Positions 19,116 through 25,001 of a stretch of DNA of 43,593 nucleotides are shown piece by piece (position 1 is the first letter of the stretch; the number at the start of each line of letters is the position of its first letter). The DNA lies in contig CACZPA010000178.1 in assembly GCA_902782895.1 (NCBI GenBank), positions 1 to 43,593 on the forward strand, given 5' to 3'. Both the position numbers and the translations under genes were made by a program. The stretch is from an uncultured Eubacteriales bacterium (GTDB lineage Bacteria > Bacillota > Clostridia > Lachnospirales > Bianqueaceae). The notes under the pieces were generated by a model. It saw nothing but the letters and a program-made list of their open reading frames with translations, searched no databases and was not told where the DNA came from.

Positions 19116-19930
19116 ACGATATCGAATTATATGTGCTGGACATGGACGGGACGATCTATCTGGGAAACAATCTGTTCCCGGAGACGCTTCCGTTTCTGGA
19201 GAGGTGCCGGCAGCACGGGAAGAAGTATATTTTCTTTACCAATAATTCCTCCCGCTCGCCGGAGACCTATGTCAAACGTCTGAACGGAATGGGGATCCGG
19301 GCGTCAAGGGAAGATATCGTGACTTCCGGAGACGTGATGATTCATTTTCTGAAGACGCACCGGCCTGGTCAAACCGTCTATCTGGTCGGGACGCCGGATC
19401 TGGAAGCAAGCTTCCGGCAGGCCGGAATTCCGCTTGTAGAAGACGGACCGGAGGATTCTCTGCCCGCGAACTGGAAGACGGAGATTCCAGATATCGTGCT
19501 GCTGGGATTTGACACGACACTGACCTATCACAAACTGGAGCGCGCGTGCCATTTTCTGCGCAGCGGCGCGGAATTCCTGAGCACACATGAGGATATCAAC
19601 TGTCCTACGGAATACGGATTTATGCCGGATTCCGGCGCCATGGCAGCACTGATCACGATGTCGACGGGAGTAAAGCCGCGTTTCACCGGCAAACCGCATG
19701 AGGAAGTTCTGGAGATTCTGGAAGCACATACCGGGATTTCGAGAAGCCGCATGGCGGCGGTGGGAGACAGGCTTTATACGGATATCGCTCTGGGAGCGAA
19801 GAATAATGTCACTTCCATTCTCGTGATGTCCGGAGAAACGACACCGGAAGATCTTGCTGTTTCGGAGATCAAGCCAACGCTTGTTGTCCGGAATATCGGC
19901 GAGCTCGAGAGGGACGGATCGGATCAATGA
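19112..19930 (+). CDS. HAD-IIA (NagD-like) sugar/polyol phosphate phosphatase
   Basis: HAD motif I LDMDGTIY, a conserved C-terminal GD motif (AVGDRLYTDI), and an ATGA overlap with the DUF1667 gene. Confidence 0.8.
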   Translation: MNDIELYVLDMDGTIYLGNNLFPETLPFLERCRQHGKKYIFFTNNSSRSPETYVKRLNGMGIRASREDIVTSGDVMIHFLKTHRPGQTVYLVGTPDLEASFRQAGIPLVEDGPEDSLPANWKTEIPDIVLLGFDTTLTYHKLERACHFLRSGAEFLSTHEDINCPTEYGFMPDSGAMAALITMSTGVKPRFTGKPHEEVLEILEAHTGISRSRMAAVGDRLYTDIALGAKNNVTSILVMSGETTPEDLAVSEIKPTLVVRNIGELERDGSDQ

Positions 19931-19936
19931 TTACAG

Positions 19937-19966
19937 AAAGGATGCCTTTGTAGGCATCCTTTTTTG
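19937..19966 (+). terminator. Rho-independent terminator
   Basis: AAAGGATGCC-TTTGTA-GGCATCCTTT, a 10-bp perfect stem followed by a T-run, 6 nt after the HAD stop. Confidence 0.85.
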
Positions 19967-20017
19967 ATCCATCTGATCTGCGACAAATATATGTAAACCT
20001 GCTTTTTGAATTTGTAG

Positions 20018-20046
20018 TTGACGATCTGATGAGACAGCGATAAACT
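20018..20046 (+). promoter_or_regulatory. Candidate bioY promoter (TTGACG-17-TAAACT)
   Basis: Hexamers at 20018-20023 and 20041-20046 with a 17-nt spacer. Confidence 0.4.
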
Positions 20047-20080
20047 GCTCTTGTTGTTACAAACAGGAGGAGATTAAAGA

Positions 20081-20626
20081 ATGAAAAAGAACGTTACGAT
20101 TTACCTGATCCTGACGGCGCTGTTTACAGCGCTTGTCGCCGTGTGCTCGCAGCTTAAAATCGATCTGCCGTTTGTGCCGATCAACCTTGCGCTTTTCGCG
20201 GTTCATCTGTCCGGCCTGCTGCTCGGACCGGTGTACGGAGGCTTAAGTATCCTGATTTACCTGCTGCTCGCGGCAGTCGGAGTCCCTGTCATGGCCGGCT
20301 TTAAGGGCGGAGTCGGGGTTCTTTTCGGCATGACGGGAGGATACGCGATCGGATACCTGTTCACCGCTGTGCTTGACGGAGTTGCGGTGAAGTATTTCGG
20401 GCAGAAAAAGGTTCTGCTTTTCCTTGCGATGTGCGTGTCCGTACTGGTCTGCTATCTGTTCGGCACGATCTGGTTCATGGTTCTAACGGGCAATACGGTC
20501 GGTTACAGTCTGCGGTATTGCGTACTGCCGTTCCTGCCGGGCGACGCGATCAAGATCCTGCTCGCGGAGTTCCTGTACTATCGGCTGCGCGGTCCGCTTG
20601 CGTCCATCCTGCAGAAGCATCTGTAA
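20081..20626 (+). CDS. bioY: Biotin transporter BioY (ECF S-component type)
   Basis: 181 aa with about 6 TM segments. BioY-like blocks are present (PFVPINLALFAVHLSGLLLGP, GVPVMAGFKGG, GGYAIGYLF). RBS AGGAGG. Confidence 0.85.
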   Translation: MKKNVTIYLILTALFTALVAVCSQLKIDLPFVPINLALFAVHLSGLLLGPVYGGLSILIYLLLAAVGVPVMAGFKGGVGVLFGMTGGYAIGYLFTAVLDGVAVKYFGQKKVLLFLAMCVSVLVCYLFGTIWFMVLTGNTVGYSLRYCVLPFLPGDAIKILLAEFLYYRLRGPLASILQKHL

Positions 20627-20665
20627 ACGATCTGTAAAAACCTGGACTCTGAAGCAAAAAAAGAG

Positions 20666-20695
20666 TTGACTTTTTCCTGCTTTAGAGACTATAAT
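20666..20695 (+). promoter_or_regulatory. Sigma-A-type promoter (TTGACT-18-TATAAT) driving the structured leader
   Basis: TTGACT at 20666-20671 and TATAAT at 20690-20695. Confidence 0.55.
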
Positions 20696-20702
20696 AAGAT
20701 GA

Positions 20703-20792
20703 TTTCAGGGGAGTAGTCAGCATCCAGATGCTGTTAAATCAACAACCGTCGCGGAGTTCCGCTTCTGGTTTAACATGAAAAGACAAGACCTG
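20703..20792 (+). promoter_or_regulatory. Riboswitch-like aptamer resembling the yybP-ykoY (Mn2+) class
   Basis: GGGGAGTAG at 20708-20716 and CAAGACC at 20784-20790 are bracketed by the closing helix CAGG (20706-20709) / CCTG (20789-20792). A hairpin CAGCAT-CCAG-ATGCTG lies at 20718-20733. A long hairpin TTAAATCA...TGGTTTAA (20734-20741/20767-20774) has an asymmetric internal loop and a GCGG-AGTT-CCGC cap (20751-20762). Confidence 0.55.
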
Positions 20793-20821
20793 TATCGTAT
20801 CGAGCGATACAGGTCTTTTTT
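20785..20821 (+). terminator. Intrinsic terminator (expression platform) overlapping the 3' strand of the aptamer closing helix
   Basis: AAGACCTGTATCG (20785-20797) pairs perfectly with CGATACAGGTCTT (20805-20817). It is followed by a T-run ending at 20821 and lies about 40 nt upstream of the CDS start. Confidence 0.85.
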
Positions 20822-20859
20822 GACCGTGTATCGCGAAACCAATCATAGTGGAGGGTATC

Positions 20860-21993
20860 ATGCAAATTTTATTAGAAGGTTTCTTGTCCGTAACCTGGCA
20901 GCAGATCGTAATGTATTGTGTCGGCGGACTACTGATCTGGCTTGCGATTAAGAAACAGTTGGAACCGGCGCTGCTTCTGCCGATGGGCTTCGGAGCGATC
21001 CTTGTCAATCTGCCGAATTCCGGTGTCCTGAATCAGATGATGGCCGGCAATATCGAAGCAGGCGGTATTATCGAATGGCTTTATAATGTAGGAATCGGAG
21101 CGGCGGAAGCCATGCCGATCCTGCTGTTCATTGGAATCGGAGCGATGATCGATTTCGGACCGCTGATCGAGAATCCGAAGATGTTCCTGTTCGGCGCGGC
21201 TGCGCAGTTCGGTATCTTCGCGGCGCTTTCTGTCGCGACGCTTCTCGGTTTTGACCTCAAGGACGCGGCGTCTATCGGAATCATCGGCGCAGCGGACGGT
21301 CCGACCTCCATCCTGGTTTCACAGGTTCTGGGTTCCAATTACATGGGCCCGATCGCGGTCGTCGCCTATTCGTACATGGCGTTGGTTCCGATCATTCAGC
21401 CCGCCGTCATCAAGATGATCACGACGAAGAAGGAACGGGCGATCCATATGGAGCATGTAGCATCCAAGCCGGTGAGCAGGACGACAAGAATCCTTTTCCC
21501 GATCATTGTTACGCTGATCGCGGGATTTGTCGCGCCGATGTCGATCGGTCTGGTAGGGTCGCTGATGTTCGGCAATCTGCTCAGAGAGTGCAAGGTCCTG
21601 GACAATCTGTCCGAGACCGCGCAGCACGAGTTCACGAATATCATCACATTGCTTCTCGGACTTACCGTCGCGTTCAATATGAAAGCGGCTCAGTTTGTAA
21701 CCTGGCAGACGCTCCTGATCATGCTGATCGGCCTCGCGGCGTTTGTATTCGATACGATTGGCGGCGTAATGTTCGCGAAGCTGCTGAATCTCTTCAGCCG
21801 TAAGAAGATCAATCCGATGATCGGAGCTGCCGGCATATCCGCGTTCCCGATGTCAGCGCGTGTTGTAGAGAAGCTCGCGGTAGCAGAGGATAAGACCAAT
21901 CATCTTCTGATGGAAGCCGTCAGCGCGAATGTCTCCGGACAGATCGCTTCCGTCGTTGCCGGCGGTATGATTCTGCAGTTCTTCATGCATTGA
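20860..21993 (+). CDS. Sodium-ion-translocating decarboxylase beta subunit (OadB/GcdB/MmdB family)
   Basis: Start set to the ATG at 20860 (RBS GGAGGG at 20850-20855). There is extensive collinear similarity to OadB blocks: GAMIDFGPLIENPK, GAAAQFGIF, GIIGAADGPTS, AYSYMALVPIIQP, FGNLLRE, KINPMIGAAGISAFPMSARV. Confidence 0.9.
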   Translation: MQILLEGFLSVTWQQIVMYCVGGLLIWLAIKKQLEPALLLPMGFGAILVNLPNSGVLNQMMAGNIEAGGIIEWLYNVGIGAAEAMPILLFIGIGAMIDFGPLIENPKMFLFGAAAQFGIFAALSVATLLGFDLKDAASIGIIGAADGPTSILVSQVLGSNYMGPIAVVAYSYMALVPIIQPAVIKMITTKKERAIHMEHVASKPVSRTTRILFPIIVTLIAGFVAPMSIGLVGSLMFGNLLRECKVLDNLSETAQHEFTNIITLLLGLTVAFNMKAAQFVTWQTLLIMLIGLAAFVFDTIGGVMFAKLLNLFSRKKINPMIGAAGISAFPMSARVVEKLAVAEDKTNHLLMEAVSANVSGQIASVVAGGMILQFFMH

Positions 21994-22031
21994 TTGTGCA
22001 GAAGAACGGATAACAGAAAGGAGCAGACAGA

Positions 22032-22202
22032 ATGTTTTTACTTTCGACTTTTACGGATTCGTTGAATATTATGGGAACCGGGATGCTGGGGATCTTCTTC
22101 GTGCTTGGCGCGATCGCTCTTGCCATCTATGCCGTCTCCGCAATCGATCATAAAGCGCAGGCTAAAAAAGAGCAGGAGCAGCAGGCGGAAGAGAACAGCT
22201 GA
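22032..22202 (+). CDS. Small membrane protein, OadG-like decarboxylase gamma subunit (56 aa; below the ORF-track cutoff)
   Basis: ATG at 22032 with RBS AAAGGAG. Translation is MFLLSTFTDSLNIMGTGMLGIFFVLGAIALAIYAVSAIDHKAQAKKEQEQQAEENS. It has a single TM with a GMxxxF-type core and a charged tail, typical of the OAD_gamma family. Stop TGA at 22200-22202. Confidence 0.6.
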   Translation: MFLLSTFTDSLNIMGTGMLGIFFVLGAIALAIYAVSAIDHKAQAKKEQEQQAEENS

Positions 22203-22212
22203 CAGAATACAG

Positions 22213-22233
22213 CTGTCAGGACGTACCTGACAG
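22213..22233 (+). terminator. Stem-loop after the beta/gamma pair (weak or atypical terminator)
   Basis: CTGTCAGG-ACGTA-CCTGACAG, an 8-bp perfect stem. The downstream T-content is poor (GACTCATTTG). Confidence 0.3.
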
Positions 22234-22306
22234 GACTCATTTGACCGGATACGGAAGCAGCTTCTGTACAAATTCTGATTTCGTTCAAATTTTTCTAAAA
22301 ACAGTC

Positions 22307-22335
22307 TTGACAGAAATGCTTTTGTAGAGTATAAT
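22307..22335 (+). promoter_or_regulatory. Consensus sigma-A promoter of the tRNA array (TTGACA-17-TATAAT)
   Basis: TTGACA at 22307-22312 and TATAAT at 22330-22335. A leader hairpin GCAGACG...CGTCTGC lies directly before the first tRNA. Confidence 0.65.
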
Positions 22336-22376
22336 CGTTATTGCATTCGCAGACGGGCCCGGTTACGTCTGCACAT

Positions 22377-22448
22377 GGCCCCCTGGTCAAGCGGCTAAGA
22401 CGTCGCCCTCTCACGGCGAAAACGGGAGTTCGATTCTCCCGGGGGTCA
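22377..22448 (+). tRNA. tRNA-Glu (anticodon CTC)
   Basis: Acceptor GGCCCCC/GGGGGTC, D region GGTCAAGCGGCTAAGAC, anticodon arm TCGCC-CTCTCAC-GGCGA, T arm GGGAG-TTCGATT-CTCCC. Confidence 0.9.
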
Positions 22449-22454
22449 TTCTTG

Positions 22455-22528
22455 GGGCCTTTAGCTCAGTTGGTCAGAGCAGCCGGCTCATAACCGGTCG
22501 GTCCCGGGTTCGAGTCCCTGAGGGCCCA
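22455..22528 (+). tRNA. tRNA with CAT anticodon, Ile2 (lysidine)-like rather than elongator or initiator Met
   Basis: Acceptor GGGCCTT/AGGGCCC and anticodon arm GCCGG-CTCATAA-CCGGT. The overall sequence resembles ileX-type tRNAs (CTCATAA loop). The T stem CCGGG/CCCTG has one C-U mismatch. Assignment as Ile2 rather than Met is an inference. Confidence 0.8.
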
Positions 22529-22529
22529 T

Positions 22530-22603
<74 letters not shown>

Positions 22604-22647
22604 CTGTTCTCCTAGCGGAGTGATCCAGAGAACAGATACGGTTGTTT

Positions 22648-22721
22648 GGCGGAGTAGCTCAGCTGGCGAGAGCACGCGGTTCATACCCGCGGTGTCGGCA
22701 GTTCAAATCTGTCCTCCGCTA
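22648..22721 (+). tRNA. tRNA-Met (anticodon CAT), elongator type
   Basis: Acceptor GGCGGAG/CTCCGCT, anticodon arm CGCGG-TTCATAC-CCGCG, T arm GGCAG-TTCAAAT-CTGTC. Confidence 0.85.
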
Positions 22722-22725
22722 CTGT

Positions 22726-22797
22726 GCGCGAGTGGCTCAGGGGTAGAGCATCGCCTTGCCAAGGCGAGGGTCGCGGGTCCGAATCCCGTCTCGCGCT
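22726..22797 (+). tRNA. tRNA-Gly (anticodon GCC) with an atypical T-loop (TCCGAAT)
   Basis: Acceptor GCGCGAG/CTCGCGC, anticodon arm TCGCC-TTGCCAA-GGCGA, T arm GCGGG-TCCGAAT-CCCGT. Position 55 reads C instead of the near-universal U. Confidence 0.8.
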
Positions 22798-22806
22798 TAT
22801 CTCACG

Positions 22807-22837
22807 CGGTGCCGCGTTATTGCAGCACCGTTTTTTT
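22807..22837 (+). terminator. Hairpin plus T7 run after the tRNA array
   Basis: CGGTGC (22807-22812) pairs with GCACCG (22825-22830) and is followed by TTTTTTT (22831-22837). The next base begins an ATG. Confidence 0.55.
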
Positions 22838-24103
22838 ATGACAGAAAGGATGAATGCATTGCCGGATAACTATAAAGAGTTATTATCAGCCCTCGACGCG
22901 TTGATCGACGTGACGGAGCCGGTACAGACAGGTCTGTCGAATGCTTCTGCATTGATTTGGCAGAATCTGTCGTCGCTGAACTGGGCCGGATTCTACCTGG
23001 TCCGCGGCGGAGAGCTTGCTCTCGGACCTTTTCAGGGCAAACCGGCCTGTACGATGATCGGTAAAGGCAAGGGCGTCTGTGGTACGGCTTGGCAGGAGGA
23101 TCAGACGATCCGGGTAGAGGATGTTCATGCTTTTCCCGGGCATATAGCCTGTGATGCCGCGTCCCGATCCGAGATCGTGATCCCGCTGCATGACTCTAAC
23201 GGCCGTGTGATGGGAGTTCTGGATCTGGACAGCTTCCTGCCGGCGCGTTTTCTTCCGGAGGATCAGGAAGGGTTAGAAGCAGCGGCAAAGCTGTTAGAGC
23301 ATAAACTGTTTAATTTTCAGGATGCAGCCTTCTCGCAGAATTCCGATGCGCCTGTCGGGATTGTCGATTCCGGGCTGGGCGGCTTAAGCGTTCTGAAAGA
23401 AATGATCCGTCTGATGCCGGGAGAGGATTTCCTGTATCGCGGTGATTCGCTGCACGCGCCGTACGGGACCAAGACACCGGAGGATGTGCAGCGGTACACT
23501 TTCGCAAACGTTTCCTATCTTATGGAACGCGGGATCAAGGCGCTTGTCGTCGCATGCAATACGGCAACGAGCGTCTGCATCAGCCGCTTAAGAGAACAAT
23601 ACAGCGATATGCCCGTGATCGGTGTTGAGCCGGCGCTTAAACCGGCCGTTCTGCATTCGGAGGGCGGTAGAGTTCTGGTTATGGCGACGCCGATGACCCT
23701 GCAGGAGCATAAATTCGCGGAGCTGATGGACCGGTACGGTCGTGAAGCTACGATCGTCAAGGTCCCCAGTCAGGGATTGATGGAGTATGTGGAGCGGGGG
23801 ATTCTGGAAGGGCAGGAGCTTGACGGTTTTCTTGCCGATCTGCTGAATCCGTATCTTCCGGCCGATTCGATCGTCCTTGGATGTACGCATTATCCCTTCC
23901 TCGCGGACGCGATCCGCAAAGCCGCGGGAGGGTCCGTACAGATTTACGATGGCAGCGAAGGGACCGCAAGGGAGCTCAGAAGGAAGCTGGAAGAGAATCG
24001 TATTCTGCGTGAATCGGCTCATCAGGGGAAGGTAGAGATCCTCAACAGCAAAGATTCAGCGGAGCTTGCCGCACTGGCGGAAAGGCTTTTGTATGGCTGT
24101 TGA
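22838..24103 (+). CDS. murI: Fusion protein: N-terminal GAF-domain free methionine-(R)-sulfoxide reductase (fRMsr/MsrC-like) + C-terminal glutamate racemase
   Basis: The track ORF (22724) starts inside tRNA-Gly. The first plausible starts are the ATGs at 22838 and 22850. The N-terminal half matches E. coli YebR/MsrC blocks (NWAGFYL, GPFQGKPAC, GKGVCGTA, VEDVHAFPGHIACDAAS, EIVIPL). The C-terminal half carries MurI motifs (VDSGLGGLSV, VVACNTAT, VLGCTHYPF). It is a single uninterrupted frame. Confidence 0.85.
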   Translation: MTERMNALPDNYKELLSALDALIDVTEPVQTGLSNASALIWQNLSSLNWAGFYLVRGGELALGPFQGKPACTMIGKGKGVCGTAWQEDQTIRVEDVHAFPGHIACDAASRSEIVIPLHDSNGRVMGVLDLDSFLPARFLPEDQEGLEAAAKLLEHKLFNFQDAAFSQNSDAPVGIVDSGLGGLSVLKEMIRLMPGEDFLYRGDSLHAPYGTKTPEDVQRYTFANVSYLMERGIKALVVACNTATSVCISRLREQYSDMPVIGVEPALKPAVLHSEGGRVLVMATPMTLQEHKFAELMDRYGREATIVKVPSQGLMEYVERGILEGQELDGFLADLLNPYLPADSIVLGCTHYPFLADAIRKAAGGSVQIYDGSEGTARELRRKLEENRILRESAHQGKVEILNSKDSAELAALAERLLYGC

Positions 24104-24938
24104 TCTGCATATGCATTCGGTAAATTCCGACGGCACCAGGACGCCGCGGGAGCTTGTCGGGATGTCCAAGGATCTGGGACTTACAGTAATCGCGCTGACC
24201 GACCATGATACAATGGGAGGCGCGGAAGCGTTTCGGCAGGCAGGGCACGATTATGATATGTGCACGGTAGAAGGCGTAGAGCTTTCCTGTGTGTATGGGA
24301 AGAAAGAGATTCATGTTCTGGGATACGGCAGAGCTTCGCGAGAGTTTGACGCTTTTCTTGCGCCGCTGCGGGACAGCCGTAAGATCCGTAACACACGGAT
24401 GATCCGCAGGCTGCAGGAGCTGGGGTATTCGATCACAGAGGATGCCGTAGCGGCTCGTGCCGCCGGTAAATCCGCTTCCCGCGTTCACATTGCACAGGAG
24501 CTTGTCGAAAACGGCTATGCGGAGTCGATCTCAGATGCTTTTGAAAGGCTGGTCGGCAATGGCCGTCCCGGCTATATACAGCGAGAGACGCTTTCCGTGG
24601 AAGAAGGCGTGGACAGCCTGGTGCGCTTTGGCTTTGTGCCGGTTCTGGCGCATCCGATGGAGTATGATCTGACGGATGAGGAGCTGAATACACTGCTTGC
24701 GCTTCTGATCGCGCATGGGCTTGAGGGCATGGAAGTCATCCATTCGGAATGCACTTACAAAGATCATCTGAAGCTTGCCGCCAAGGCGGACGCGCTTGGC
24801 CTTCTGAAGACCGGCGGCAGTGACTATCACGGTGCCAATAAGCCGGATGTCCCGTTGGGAGTCGGAATGGACGGACAGCTGATTCCCGACGCGTACGCGG
24901 AAGCGCTTCTTGACAGGCTCCACAGTAAAAGAGTATAA
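24093..24938 (+). CDS. PHP-domain phosphoesterase (TrpH/YciV-like)
   Basis: Start set to the ATG at 24093 (product MAVDLHMHSVNSDGT, PHP motif). Further blocks are ALTDHDT, GVELS and GGSDYHG. It overlaps the murI-fusion stop by 11 nt. Confidence 0.85.
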   Translation: MAVDLHMHSVNSDGTRTPRELVGMSKDLGLTVIALTDHDTMGGAEAFRQAGHDYDMCTVEGVELSCVYGKKEIHVLGYGRASREFDAFLAPLRDSRKIRNTRMIRRLQELGYSITEDAVAARAAGKSASRVHIAQELVENGYAESISDAFERLVGNGRPGYIQRETLSVEEGVDSLVRFGFVPVLAHPMEYDLTDEELNTLLALLIAHGLEGMEVIHSECTYKDHLKLAAKADALGLLKTGGSDYHGANKPDVPLGVGMDGQLIPDAYAEALLDRLHSKRV

Positions 24939-25001
24939 TCTGTAACGTGTTTTTGCAATACAAGAGAGAATTCATCATCGATCCGGAGGAAGAAACTGGA
25001 A

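Noticed and set aside
19990-20060. Possible BirA operator upstream of bioY: TGTAAACC at about 19993-20000, and a TGTT-N3-AACA palindrome near the RBS.
   Set aside because: Only one half-site resembling the TGTAAACC...GGTTTACA type of biotin operator is present. The expected inverted partner at about 15 nt reads AATTTGTA and is not complementary. The second palindrome has only 4-bp arms.
22251-22267. Palindrome ACGGAAGC-A-GCTTCTGT about 40 nt upstream of the tRNA-array promoter, considered as a possible operator.
   Set aside because: It is a single short imperfect palindrome with no second copy in the window and no adjacent regulator gene. That is not enough to call a binding site.
22620-22841. 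Track ORFs 22620-22841 and the first 38 codons of 22724-24103, which overlap the tRNA-Met/tRNA-Gly genes.
   Set aside because: The sequence folds into canonical tRNA cloverleaves followed by a terminator. Reading frames through tRNA genes are artefacts. The real CDS begins at or after 22838.
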